From assembly GCA_030390025.1 (NCBI GenBank), contig CM059432.1, positions 51,834,001 through 51,898,000 on the forward strand: 64,000 nt of DNA. Direction: 5' to 3'. Source of the DNA: Squalus acanthias (taxonomy: Eukaryota). Below are positions 1 to 12,147 of this stretch, one piece after another (position 1 is the first letter of the stretch; every line of letters starts with the position of its first letter). The position numbers were made by a program, and so were the translations under genes. The notes under the pieces were generated by a model, which did not search any database, had not been told where the DNA came from, and saw only the letters and a program-made list of their open reading frames with translations.

Positions 1-682
1 CGGGCCCACACGAACTTTAGATTCAAGCCCTCTGCCACATGCAACTGTGCAGTGCTTGCGTGACCCAGAGACGCAATTAGTTCGTGCGAGCTCTGGGATC
101 ACGTGATTCAGTTAGAGCCAATGGCAGCACACTATCTTTCATTCATAGTTTTGACGGCAAGAGCTGTCAAAGCTATGAATATTACAAACCCCCAAAAGTA
201 CAGCTAAACCTCAATTAAATTTTTTTTAAAAGCCATCACATTAATAAAATAAGTATAGTTAAATAAATTAACCACTTTAAACAAAAAGTTAAATTTGGAA
301 AAAATTTAAAATCTTTTTAAAAGTTATAAAAATAAACTTACCTTTCTTTAAAGTCTCTAAAAAAGATAAACCTGTTGAAAATTTTTTTAAAAACACTTAA
401 TTAACTACTTACCTTGTTAAAAGGGGGTCCTACGCCTGCTTTCTTTATGTGTAAAATCTTCAACACTTACCTGCGCGTTCAAAGCTGAAAAAATAACTAA
501 GTGCACTGCATGCGCACAGCCTGTAGCGCGCACGCGGTTCACTTAGGAACCTCCCCCTTTTGAATTCACGAAGTGCCGGTTTCCCGCGCATGCGCAGTGC
601 ATGCAGGAAACCGGCACTTGGAGACCTAAAACGCGAGAGTACACAGTGCGTACTCTTGCGTATTAGGTCTAATTTTCGGGCC
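1..682 (-). mobile_element. Non-autonomous DNA transposon (MITE), cut by the window edge; inverted paralog of 52205-52948
   Basis: Ends in ctaattttcgggcc (reverse complement ggcccgaaaattag). Shares the hairpin cgcgagagtacacagtgcgtactcttgcg, the AT-rich core and the gatcacgtga motif with 52205-52948 in opposite orientation. Confidence 0.8.
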
Positions 683-862
683 AATATCTCCAGCACCAGC
701 CTGGAAGGAGCCAGACGCATAAAAGCTCATAGCCACCATCACCTTCACAGCCACTGGCACTGCGATCCTTGCCCTGCTCTGGGGTTGGAGTTGTGGCTGC
801 AGCAGTTGGCAGTTGGCAGATTTCAGTGGCGACCTCCTTCTTAAAGCGCAGACGTCTCAGAC
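683..862 (-). pseudogene. Decayed Harbinger transposase fragment (second piece)
   Basis: Minus-strand translation CLRRLRFKKEVATEICQL...VAVKV...FYASGSFQAGAGDI aligns with the intact transposase at 10693 (CLRWLRFSKEVVTELCHL...VAVKV...FYATGSFQAAVGDL). Frameshifted. Confidence 0.85.
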
Positions 863-881
863 ATAGAAACATAGAAACATA

Positions 882-1630
882 GGGGTAAAAATTGAGTTGC
901 GCCCCATTTGGGGCGCTAACCTCGCCGGGGCGCGACTTTTAGCGCCCCGAAAAAATTAGCGGCCCCGCGCCGGAACTTCAGTGGTTGCGCCCCAAGAGGG
1001 AAGCGGGGCGCCACTGGAAGCACCCCGCATCCCTCTTGGGGCGCTGCGAGTGAATATCCTGGCGCTACGTGGCGCTGCGGCACGTCGCGCCGCGGTATTG
1101 CAGGCCTTCCTCCCCTTCTTAAAGGGGAGGGACCCTGCGCAGCGCGAACCGGGGCTCAGCTGGGCCCCCAGGGATCGGGAGTGCCGGCAAAAGAGCCCGG
1201 CACTCAAGAGAAGTGCCGGGCTCTTGGAGCGCAGCCGGCACTTCACGGTGGGGGGGCTTCACGGGGGCCGGGGGCAGGTGCTGGCAAGCGGCCAGCAACA
1301 AAAATGGCCGCCTGCCACCTCCCCTTTAAATATCGCCGCCCCGGCCGCACGTACGCCTCCCTGAACCCGTCGGACATAGCGTCTGGCGGTAAATCAGGGG
1401 GCGCGACTGAAGATCGCGGCTGGAGCGCGAGCGGGGTGCTGCGCACGGCGATGACGTCATCGCCGGCGGCGCAGCGCCACAGGGCGCTACCGGCTGGCGC
1501 CGCCGCTAACCTCCCGCTGAATTTTTCGGGAGGCGTGGGCGGCGCTGCGCCCGGGCGTTAGCTGCTTTACGCCCCATTAGCGCCCTCTTAAGGCGCTAAC
1601 GGGAGGCGCAAGCAGCTGAATTTTTTCCCC
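882..1630. mobile_element. Harbinger-type MITE, family A
   Basis: Termini ggggtaaaaattg / gaattttttcccc with a 3-bp TSD ATA (879-881, 1631-1633). The right subterminal region matches the left end of the element at 10181. Inserted in a reverse CR1 3' tail (catagaaa repeats). Confidence 0.92.
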
Positions 1631-1744
1631 ATAAAATCTAGGAGCAGGAGTAGGCCATTCGGCCCGTCGAGCCTGCTCCACCATTCAATACGATCATGGC
1701 TGATCATCCAAATCCAGTACCCTGTCCCTGCTTTAATCCCCACA

Positions 1745-2049
1745 GTACACATATCCCACCCTACCCCCGTAACCCCACGTATTTAATTCCCCCTAACATA
1801 TCCCACCCTACCCCCATAACCCCACATATTTAATCCCCCCCTAACACTAAGGGTCAATTTATCATAGCCAAATCAACCTAACCCGCACATTTTTGGACTG
1901 TGGGAGGAAACCGGAGCACCCGGAGGAAACCCATGCAGACACGGGGAGAATGTGCAAACTCCACACAGACAGTCACCCGAGGTCAGATTCGAACCCGGGT
2001 CCCTGGCGCTGTGAGGCACCAGTGCTAACCACTATGCCACCGTGTTGCC
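1745..2049 (-). mobile_element. tRNA-derived V-SINE (HE1-like)
   Basis: Minus strand has a tRNA-like head (gtggcatagtggttagcactg...gggttcgaatc) followed by the V-domain gtgtggagtttgcacattctccccgtgtctgcatgggtttcctccgggtgctccggtttcctcccacagtcc. A short tandem duplication lies at about 1749-1845. Confidence 0.85.
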
Positions 2050-2061
2050 CTTTCAACCTAA

Positions 2062-2623
2062 CCCACACATTGGTCATTGCTGAGGTTCAGGTAGGAGAAT
2101 TGCTCCCTGAACACCCTGGGTGGATATAGACTCCTGCTGAAAGCCCTTTTCGTCCTCCTTATTCTTCTAGCAGGTTGTCCTGTTCTCCGTGGCCTCTGCT
2201 CATTCTCCCAGTCAGGCTCTATTCCAAGCCTGGGAGCAATTAGCTTGTGCAGAAGCCTTGAAGTCAGCACCTGCCACACCACTCCCTGTACACTTTTGAA
2301 ACTTGAAACAACTATGGAAAGCACCAAAAACATGTATAATTGTAGCAACAGCCAGAAGAAATCAACCAGCAACTAACATGTAAGTAGTTGATGATCCCTT
2401 TAAATAGCGCTGGTGGGGGGTCCTTCCTGATTGACGTCATGATCTGCCTGCTCTGCATACTTCTGGTGGACATTAACTGCGCACGTGCTAACCCCTTTAG
2501 CAAGATGGCGTCCGGTGCACCTCGCATCAGAAGTGTGCGCATGCGTCACGGACCCTATTTTGGATCCATAATGGCATTCGCAGCGCCCAAAAAACGGGCA
2601 CTACCGAGCCCAATATCTCGTCC
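2062..2623 (-). pseudogene. Decayed Harbinger left end plus transposase N-terminus (first piece of the 683-862 relic)
   Basis: YPPRVFREQFSYLNLSNDQC matches YPPRVYREQLSYIHMSEELC of the intact transposase. The upstream ctatttaaagg motif matches the one at about 10490. Confidence 0.8.
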
Positions 2624-2924
2624 AATTACTTTTCAGTAAAGGTGATTGGGCAGTGGAAACACTATGGGTAGAGTTAAGGAACAGCAAGAATGCAAGACTC
2701 TGGTAGAAGTTGCCTCCTTATAGTACGGAGTGCTAAAAAAAATTTATTGTGTGCTCGGTCAGAAGGAGAAGCGCAAAATGAAATCCAGCCTAAAGCGACC
2801 TGAAGCTGCAAAATGTTTTCTGTACTAACACCAGGGACCATTGGTCACATTTGTAAAACTTTTAAATTGCATCTTTCTGGGACTGTAGCTTACTTTACGA
2901 GGTAACTGTAAGCAACTTGGTTTT

Positions 2925-3388
2925 AAAGAAAAAGAAAGACTTGCATTTATATAGCGCCTTTCACGACCACCGGACGTCTCAAAGCGCTTTACAACCAATG
3001 AAGTACTTTTTGAGGTGTAGTGACTGTTGTAATGTAGGAAACGCGGCAGCTAATTTGCGCACAGCAAGCTCCCACAAACAGCAATGTGATAATGACCAGA
3101 TAATCTGTTTTAGTGATGTTGATTGAGGGATAAATACTGGCCAGGACACCAGGTATAACTCCTCTGCTCTTCTTCGAAATAGTGCCATAGGCTCTTTTAC
3201 GTCCACTTGAGAGGGCAGACAGGGCCTCGTTTAAATGCCTCATCTGAAAGACGGCACCTCGGACAGTGCAGCACTCCCTCAGTACTGTATTGTAGTGTCA
3301 GCCTAGTTTTTGTGCTCAAGTCTCTGGAGTGGGACTTGAACCCACAACCTTCTGACTCAGAGGCAAGGGCGCTACCAACTGAGTCATG
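2925..3388 (-). mobile_element. Deu-domain SINE (SacSINE1-like), near full length
   Basis: Minus strand: tRNA-like head (tcagttggtagcg...gggttcaagtccc), Deu-like core gaggtgccgtctttcagatgag...ggcactatttcgaagaagagcag, and L2-type tail gaaaggcgctatataaatgcaagtctttc. Confidence 0.85.
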
Positions 3389-3714
3389 ACTACTGGAGGG
3401 ATGTATAAATACGGAGATCAGGGAAGCATTTTGCAAAAACAATGTGGTTATAATGGGAGATTTTAATTTCCACATAGACTGGGAGAAGCAGAACATTTCA
3501 AGCAGAAAAGACAATGAATTTCTAGAATGTTTTCAGAACAGTTTTCTAGAACAATGGGATGGATTCTGTTCAGGCCCTGAACCGAGAGGCCCGAGGATAG
3601 ATGGACATTGGTTCTCGAGCCTCATCAGCATACTAGTTGAGAACTGTCGGTGCTGGTTGCATCTCCACTGGCAGCTCGCCCATGCAAAGAGATCAATGCA
3701 GAGACGCCTACCTC

Positions 3715-3920
3715 ACTGGAGGGGGGATTGTAGTCTCGGAGGGGGGATTGTAGTGGACTATGGGGTGAGGAGGGCGGGTGGGGCAGGGTGGGGAGTGGGG
3801 TGGACTCCTGCTTCACTGGTAGTGGTCCTCCAGTAAGTCTCGGGAGGGGGGATTGTAGTGGACTAGGAGGTGAGGAGGGCGGGTGGGGCAGGGTGGGGAG
3901 TGGGGTGGACTCCTGCTCTT
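3715..3920 (+). repeat. Two-copy G-rich tandem duplication with G-quadruplex potential
   Basis: gggggattgtagtggacta...gagggcgggtggggcagggtggggagtggggtggactcctgct occurs twice, each with at least four G-tracts. Confidence 0.75.
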
Positions 3921-5729
3921 CCTGGCTCCACAAGAATTGTTTTTTTTTAAAATGTCAACTTGCCTCTGGTTGGCAGCTGCCAGGATCGCTGAAGAATCAT
4001 GAGCAGGGCAGGCCCGGCTCTGTCCCTGCTCATTGGTGACTAATTTCAACAAGGTGCCCTTCAACAGCCATTATGCCCCTCATTTACATACATAAGGGGC
4101 CTAACGTCTGTTTTAGGTATCCGCCTGGGATGCCTGAAAAAAGACCCTCACGAATTTAGCAGTGGGACCAACGCCTGCGCCGATTGTGCAGGCAGTCCCA
4201 CTGCAAAATCGGTATGCTTTGCACCTGTTTAACACCTGAAAGCGAGCGCAATGCATACCGATTTCTACCCCAAGACATTTTAGAACGGACAAGAAACAGG
4301 CCATTCTGTATTTAGTGATGAAAAACGAACCAGAATGAATTAACAATCTGACAGTAAGCATCTTGCAAATCATGACCATAGTATAATTGAGTTTGATATT
4401 AGGTTTAAGAGGGAGAGTCACAAATGGCCTTCAGCTGTGCTGTAAACGTCTATGGTTCTATGGTGCTCATATTGTTTAGAATTAATTAATTAATTAATGC
4501 TTTTTGGAGGCAGGTTGTTGAAAGTATGACTTAAAGTAAGCTCTATTATAACATAAAATGGACTGAAACATATAGGTAGGAACAAGATATTTTTATGGTG
4601 CTATTAAATTGAGTATGATACATAATAATGATTTTATAATAAGAAGACTGTAAAAACGGAGACCCATTAAATCATTTTCTCTTTGGCAAAAGCAGCCCAG
4701 ATTTCTGCTGCTAACAAAGTTTTAGAAAGTGACTAAAGCAAGATACCATTTTTTATTATATAGCATTGTTTGATATGACACCGTCTCAAATACTTACAGC
4801 ATCTGTTACTCGTAAAAAGCAACTAAATCATTACATGGAAAACTCTGTCAGAAGCGAAAACTTGACAGTTCTATTACTGTGTGCTTATGAGCAATTAATT
4901 CAAGGGTCAGATCCCATTACCCGTTCCAACGCAGTCAAATAGGTGGGAGGAAGGTTTGCTGGGTGACAGCTGTAACTGCAGAGGCATCAGTCTCATGTTG
5001 ATTCAATCTGTGCATAATCTGCAAGAGGCTAAAAGAAACAATTATAGCATCTTGAGCCACTGAGACTCCACACCCCAGCAGAAAAAGACACTTGATTCCT
5101 GCCACAGTTTGGAATGTTATAAGGCTATTATCCCATTACACGCCTTCATGGAGGCTCTGATGTATTGCTGAACACTTAAATTGATTGCGCCTGCTGTTGA
5201 TGAGGGATGTGAAGCAAAACATTTTTTTTTTGTCATTTTCCCTTTTGTGTTTGGCAAACGCAGACTACAGTGACAAAAGATAAAAGCTCTTTCAGACATT
5301 TATCCCTGATTTTATTAAGCAGCAGATCTTGCAGCCTGACAAATAAAATTATTACTGGGCTAAATGGTTATCACCAAATCAGCTATTAATTGTTCATTGG
5401 GCATGCAGCGATAATGTCAGCTTCACCGGAGAACTGACTTTGCATTTCAGTCTCTGAAAACTCTCATTAATATTGTGAAGAAATGTTATATAAAATGAAC
5501 ACATATGATAGTCTAGTCCCTCCAAAAAAAGCCAAAAATCTAGAAATATCACAAGTTCTATAGTTAGAATTATTGTAAATCTAGCTCATATTATCCGTAG
5601 AGGTAAAAAGAAAAATCTGTAAATATTGGAATTCTGAAATAAAAACATAAATTGCTAAAAAAAAAATACATTGCAGATCCTTCAACATTTGAACAGAAAA
5701 TATAAGGTAATATTTCAGCCTTTTCATCA

Positions 5730-6790
5730 ACAACAACATCAATGACTTACATTTTTATAATACCTTTATCGTAGGAAAACATCACAAGGCGATTCACAGA
5801 AGGATAATCAGACAAAAAATCAGACAAAAATTGACACCGATCAAAAGAAGGAGCTATTAGGAGGGGTGACTAAAAGCTTGGTCAAAAGGTAAATTTTAAG
5901 GTGGTTCTTAAAGGAGGAGAGAGAGCTGAAGAGGTGGAAGCATTTAGGGAGGAAATTTCAGAGAATAGGGCCTAGATGGCTGAAGGTATGGCCACCAATG
6001 GTGGGGCGAGAGGAGTGGGGGGATACTTAAGAGGCCAGAGTTGGAGGAACACAAATGTCTCGCAGGGTTGTAGGGCTGGAGGAGGTTACAGAGATAGGGA
6101 GGGACGAGGCCCTGGAGGAATTTGAGACGTTGACGTGGGTGAGCGGGACTTGGTGCGGGATAGAATATGGGAAGCAGAGGTTTGGATGAGCTGAAGGCTA
6201 CGGAGGGTAGGGTATGGGTACATGGCTAGGAGAACACTGGAATAGTTGCATCTGGAAGCTACAAAGGCGCAGAAGAAGATGTCAGCAGAAGGTGGGCTGA
6301 GGCAGGGGTGGAGGCGAGTGATGTTATGGAATAAGGTTGAGAGAGCAGGAGTGGGTCTCATGGACAAGGTGAGCTCAGAGAGGGCATGAAGGGTGATAGG
6401 AGAAAAACTAGAGAAAGGTGTGGGTTCAGGGCTAGGGCAGGGAGGAACCTAGGGGGATGCTTGGCTTTGTGGGCAAGGGGAAAGGGGAGATTCAGCAGAG
6501 GCAGCTGACTGAATGGTCTGAACCTCAGTGACAAAGAAGTCCAGGAGCTCCTCACACTTGTTGAGTGTAAAGGGGGCATGGGCGAGGGGTTAAAGGAGAT
6601 GGTTGGTAGTGGAGAAAAGAAGCTGGGGGTTATATTTGCATTGCAGGATGATCCTGAGGTAGTGAGGAGTTTAGGCAGAGGAGAGGATGGCCTGAGAGTG
6701 CTTGATGTGGTCCAGCCAGATCTGCTGATGAATGGCTAAACCAGTTGTGCGCCAGATACGTTCAAGTCTGCAAACCTTGAACTTAAGTGG
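5730..6790 (-). mobile_element. L2 LINE 3' fragment, decayed
   Basis: Translated remnants (HNITRLHPCLS...AFVASRCNYSSVLLA...LQLIQTSASHILSRTK) and an L2-type 3' end similar to 19190-19650 and 55030-55370. Confidence 0.7.
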
Positions 6791-8397
6791 GGGGGGCATA
6801 CTCGGGAAAACGATCTCAGTGGAAGAGAGTGGTCTGTACCCAAAATAGTCAACCTTGTGTCCAGGTACAGACAGATCTGTTGTATATTTCCAGAACTTAC
6901 TATTTTTATCTCATATTGTCATTTCTTTTTTTTTATCATTGGTACCCAAGATCCTTTCTGTAATTCTGCCTCTGTACGCCATATCCAAATGATATTCCAG
7001 CAAAATGTAATTTATAGGAAGAATTATTTTTGTTACTTCTCTGTTAGGCAATATAAAAAATGTTGGGGCTGACTTTCCGACCCTCCCCCTTGCCTGAGTG
7101 CTGGACAGGCCTCAAAGCACATGAATTTGGTGGGGCAGATCACCAATATGTGCCAATCATACTCCCCAGTGCAGACCTGCTCCTGGCAGGGCCTTGTGCA
7201 GAAGCACAGCTGCGAGTCACTTCAGGTCTGCAGCTGAAAAACTGGCCACTGATCTTGGGGCCATCTGATTCCTATTGCAAAGCAGCAGTCCAATGGTGTG
7301 TAAACTCAAAAATCACTAGGCGGGGAAGGGCTACAAGAAAATTGTGGAATATTTTTGAGCTCCTCTTGCATTGCCGCCTGCCGCTCTCAGGCCATTCAAT
7401 CAGAGAGAGCGTTAGGTAGTAGGCCCAATGCCAGCTTTCTTAGGGTGTCACTACATCTGGATGTTCAATCAGTGAAATTAGAGAAAAATTAGACAGGAGG
7501 TGCCCAGAACTCCCTCTTCTACCTCACAGGTCTTTGCTGCCTTTTTCCTGACTTAGCACCCAGAAGTCAGTGGCCCCCAGGCATTTACCCCAGGAAATTC
7601 AACCTTTTGTGTCACAGGTAGTGAAGGGAATGATGCTACAATGAGGTAACAGAGACTGGCGTATTTTGTTCCCACTGTACTGATTCTGGACAGCAATTGT
7701 GAAAAGCATGTATATTTGTGGAAATAGTCGTATGTGGTCACCACTGTATGTTTGCCATTTCACTAAATCATGACAACCGAACTGCTACCTAAATGTGGAG
7801 CAACAAACACTGCCATCTATTCACCACATTGCTCTTTAATGCTTTTGTACTCTGGTGCATTTTAAATTAGAAATAAATATGTGAGTATGAAATTTAGCCC
7901 AGGAGCTAGTGCCCCCAAAAGTTGTCTGATACTCAGACAGAACTGAAGAAATATGCTCTGTAAAGCTTAACTTTATCACCTTACACATGAGGTTATTTTG
8001 AAAATTTTAATTAAAAGTAGTGACCTGTAGTGCAATGACTGATTCACCAATTATCTATCAGGATGGGACTCAGAATATTCCGGAGCCTGGAATTTAAGCA
8101 AGAAACCAGTGTTTTCTGTGACCTGAAGCACCTATTGGAACAAGAATCCACATTAATCTTGTCCAATAGCAGCCATCAGGTGAAGAATGAGTCTCATCTG
8201 GTGACAATTATAACCTTTAATATAAGTTTGAAACATCAAACCAGAAGTCTGGTGGATTTGTCATGGTAGTTTTGCAGCCTGGAAGAAGATCACAAGACAA
8301 GCCTGCACCTACCTTTAGGAAAATAGTTAATTATTTTGAGAGGTAGTGTCAAACTTGTATCACACTGTTGGATGCTTTAATGTATTTCCTTCGGGTG

Positions 8398-9876
8398 AAC
8401 ATAAGAACATAAGAAATAGGAGCAGGAGTAGGCCATTCGGCCCTTCGAGCCTGCTCTGCCATTCAATGAGATCATGGCTGATCTTCTGCCTCAACTCCAT
8501 TCACCGGCCCTATCGCCAAATCCCTTGATGCCCTTACTAGTCAGAAATCTATCGACTTCTGTTTTGAATATACCCAATGACTGAGCCTCCACAGCCCTCT
8601 GGGGTAGAGAATTCCAAAGATTCACCACCCTCTGAGTGAAGAAATTTCTTCTCATCTCAGTCCTGAATGGCCTACCCTTTATCCTGAGGCTGTGGCCCCT
8701 GGTTCTAGACTCCCCAGCCAAGGGAAACATTCTCCCAGCATCCACCCTATCAAGCCCTGTAATAATTTGTATGCTTCAATGAGATCCCCTCTCATTCTTC
8801 TGAATTCAAGAGAATACAGGCCTAGTTTACTCAATCTCTTCTCATACGACAGTCCTGCCATCCCAGGAATCAATCTCGTGAACCTTCGTTACACTCCCTC
8901 TATGGCAAATATATCCTTCCTTAGGTAAGGAGACCAAAATTGTAAACAGTACTCCAGGTGTGATCTCACCAAGGCCCTATCTAATTGGAGTAAGACTTCT
9001 TTACTCCTGTACTCAAATCCTCTTGTAATGAAGGCCAGCATACCATTTGCCTTCCTAATGGCTTGCTGCACTTGCACATTCACTTTGAGTGACTCATGTA
9101 CAAGGACACCCAGGTCCCTTTGAGCATCTGCATTCCCCAATCTTTCACCATTTAGAAAGTACTCTGTCTTTCTGTTTTTTCTACCAAAGTGGATAACTTC
9201 ACATTTTTCCACATTATATTCCATCTGCCATGTTCTCGCCCACTCACTGAGCCTCTCTAGATCCCCTTGAAGCCTCTTCACATCCTCTTCACAACTGACA
9301 CTGCTACCTAGCTTTGTATCATCAGCAAATTTGGAAATGTTACATTTAGTCCCCTCATCCAAATCATTGATATAGATTGTGAATAGCTGGGGCCCAAGCA
9401 CCGATCCTTACGGTACCCCACTAGTCGCAGCCTGCCATCCTGAAAAAGACCCGTTTATCCCTACTCTTTGTTTTCTGTCTGTTAACCAATTCTCAATCCA
9501 TGCTAGTATATTACCTCCAATTTTGTTCACCAACCTCTTGTGTGGGACCTTATCGAAGGCCTTCTGAAAATCCAAATACACCACATCTACCGGTTCCCCT
9601 TTGTCTACTCCACTAGTTACATCCTCAAAGAACTCCAATAGGTTTGTTAAACAGGATTTCCCTTTCATAAATCCATGTTGACTCTGCCCAATCTTACTAT
9701 TAGTTTCTAAGTGCCCAGTTATTGCATCCTTTATAATAGATTCCAGCATTTTCCCAACTGCTGATGTGAGCCTAACAGGTCTGTAGTTCCCTGTTTTCTC
9801 TCTCCCTCCTTTCTTAAATAGCGGGGTTACATTTGCTATCCTCCAATCTGCAGGAACCGTTCCAGAATCTATAGAA
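8398..9876 (-). mobile_element. CR1 LINE 3' part (RT domain and 3' UTR), frameshifted
   Basis: QHGFMKGKSCLTNLLEFFE, VYLDFQKAFDKVPH, SGVP/LGPQLFTIYINDLD, KFADDTKLG, RSHLEYC..WSPY, RRMRGDLIE. Tail repeat acataaga on the plus strand. Confidence 0.95.
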
Positions 9877-10488
9877 TAGGGTGGTTTGTTTTGAGGCCAT
9901 TTTAGTCACAGTCGTCTGGATAGAGAGAAATGTCTTAAATAAGTCAAGCTTGGCATTGGGTATTAGTTAGCTTTCACTAGTTTCATTCAGAGTGAACTAG
10001 CTGGTTTCCTCAACCCTAATTAGTTTGCCATGTGAATTGAGCAGAGGCACCTCAACAATTCTACCATTCGTTCTCCAATAATGTAATTTGTTTCACGCTT
10101 TAATATGATGGATACCTTTTATGGGCTTACAATTTACCAGCTGGAAAATTGTCTAACTGAATGGCAACAGCAGAGCTTTAGGGGGAAAAATTCAGTTGGT
10201 TGCGCCTCCCGTTAGCGCCTTAAGAGGGCGCTAATGGGGCGTTAAGCCGCTAACGCCCGGGCGCAGCGCTGTTTGCGCCGCTCGAGAACTTAACTTGAGA
10301 TTGTGCGGCGGCGCTAAAACTTACCGCTGCGACCACCTGCGCGCGCAGATTGTGACGTCATTCCATGGTGCAACGCCCTTGGGGCGCCCCGGAGCGGAAA
10401 TTGAGTGGCACCCCCTGCCTTACCGCCTGGCGCTTCCAACGACCGGAAGACTGGAACGTTATCAATCGGTGTGGGGCTGGGGGGGGCG

Positions 10489-10500
10489 CTATTTAAAGGG
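10489..10500 (+). promoter_or_regulatory. TATA-like motif (ctatttaaagg) upstream of the transposase
   Basis: About 200 bp upstream of the ATG. The same motif is kept in the relic near 2400 and in the deletion derivative near 31780. Function is inferred. Confidence 0.4.
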
Positions 10501-10692
10501 GGCCTCTTCCTGTCTTTTTCTGTGGTCGACATTTATGCACCACTCGTTCTGAGAGAGAGAGAGAGATTCGGAGAGAGAGAGAGAGAGACTTCTACATTGA
10601 CTCAACGCTTTGTGAGGTAGTTTGGCCTAGTTCATCCTAACTTTGCTGCTACTTTAGTTGCTGTACCTCATTACTTTTCTGGCAAAGAGAAT

Positions 10693-11853
10693 ATGGGGGC
10701 TGCAATAATTGGGGGCGTCGTCCTGCTCCAGCTGAATCGGAGGATAGTGAGACGCAGACAGAGAGTGGCAATGATGGCCAGACGGAGGAGGGCCATCAGG
10801 CGCATGTACAGGAGAGCTTACCCTCCCAGGGTATATCGTGAACAGCTCTCCTACATCCATATGTCCGAGGAGCTGTGTTTGCGATGGCTGCGATTCAGCA
10901 AGGAGGTGGTCACTGAGCTCTGCCACCTGCTGCAGCCAGATCTGCAGCCTCAGCTGAGGTCCAGGACGTCTCTGTCGGTGGCAGTGAAGGTCACAGTGGC
11001 TTTGAACTTCTACGCCACTGGCTCATTCCAAGCTGCTGTTGGGGACCTCGCCAATATCTCCCAGTTTGCGGTGCATCGCTGCATCCGGCAGGTCACCAAT
11101 GCCCTCTTCACAAGGAGACGAGACTTCATCTCCTTCCCTATGACCCCAGACAAGCAGCATGACTGTGCTATGGGCTTTGCGAGGGTAGCGGGCTTCCCCA
11201 TGGTGCAGGGCGCCATTGACTGCACGCATGTGGCTTTGCGTGCTCCGCGAGAGAATGCAGAGGAGTTCCGGAACAGAAAGGGGTTCCATTCCTTGAATGT
11301 GCAGTTGGTCTGTGACCACAGACAGGTGATTCTCGCTGTCAATGCCCACTATCCGGGCAGCTGCCACGATGCTTTCATCCTGCGCCAGAGTACTGTGGCA
11401 GAAATTTTCGAGGCACCGCATCAGCCAGTTGGTTGGCTTCTGGGGGACAAGGGGTACGCATTGAGCACCTGGCTGATGACACCGCTCCGTGCGCCAAACA
11501 CCCCTGCTGAGCTGCGGTACCAGGAAAGCCATCAAGCAACCAGGAACATTATTGAGCGCACAATCGGCGTGCTGAAACAACGATTCCGCTGTCTGGACCA
11601 TTCCGGAGGAGCCCTGCAGTACTCGCCTGAGCAAGTTTCGAACTTCGTAGTCGTGTGCTGCATGTTGCACAACATGGCAATCCTCAGGACGCAGCCAATG
11701 CCACCAGGCCTTGCAGCACCACAAGAGGAGGAGGAGGAAGAGGAGGAACAGGACGAGGACGATGATCAGCAGCAGCACCAAGGCAGGAGGGCGGCCCACA
11801 ATGGTCAAACTGCAAGGGCCGTCCGTCAACGACTAATAGCAAGCCGCTTCTAG
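10693..11853 (+). CDS. Harbinger (HARBI1-like, DDE_Tnp_4) transposase, 386 aa, uninterrupted
   Basis: Motifs GAIDCTHV, NRKGFHSLNVQLVCD, YPGSCHD, LLGDKGY, RNIIERTIGVLKQRFRCL and CCMLHN. HTH-like region (ISQFAVHRCI), Arg-rich N-terminus and acidic C-tail. Confidence 0.96.
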   Translation: MGAAIIGGVVLLQLNRRIVRRRQRVAMMARRRRAIRRMYRRAYPPRVYREQLSYIHMSEELCLRWLRFSKEVVTELCHLLQPDLQPQLRSRTSLSVAVKVTVALNFYATGSFQAAVGDLANISQFAVHRCIRQVTNALFTRRRDFISFPMTPDKQHDCAMGFARVAGFPMVQGAIDCTHVALRAPRENAEEFRNRKGFHSLNVQLVCDHRQVILAVNAHYPGSCHDAFILRQSTVAEIFEAPHQPVGWLLGDKGYALSTWLMTPLRAPNTPAELRYQESHQATRNIIERTIGVLKQRFRCLDHSGGALQYSPEQVSNFVVVCCMLHNMAILRTQPMPPGLAAPQEEEEEEEEQDEDDDQQQHQGRRAAHNGQTARAVRQRLIASRF

Positions 11854-12147
11854 GGCCCCTGCCATTGCTACAAACACGAATCAACCCAGCACGCAACCCC
11901 TAAGCCGGCCAAGGCACCAATAATTCCAACCACCAGCCATGTATATTTTGAATACAGAAACTTATTTATTGTACAAACTCTGTGTGTGTCAATTCCTCAT
12001 GACAAACTCATAGAAATAAACACAAAAAAACAGTCAATAACATAACTGGTTCTCACAACCTGGAGATAATGTCCAAAACACTAAACAAAAGTTGCGCCAT
12101 GAACCTCGGCCTTTAATAAAAAAATGACCAGCATTTTGGCACACCTC

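Noticed and set aside
956..1561. Overlapping ORFs in the GC-rich MITEs (also 17398-17801, 29672-30333, 34448-35149)
   Set aside because: They reflect stop-poor GC-rich sequence. Frames are not preserved among copies and no domains are recognisable.
3315..3388. tRNA gene (also about 1975-2045)
   Set aside because: These are tRNA-derived SINE heads joined to SINE bodies.
11023..11829. 268-aa antisense ORF over the transposase
   Set aside because: It is a shadow frame; the Leu-rich start is the reverse complement of the acidic tail.
10693..11853. Calling the transposase the host gene HARBI1
   Set aside because: It has a transposon terminus, a partner Myb gene and many local paralogs. It is a family member, not a demonstrated ortholog.
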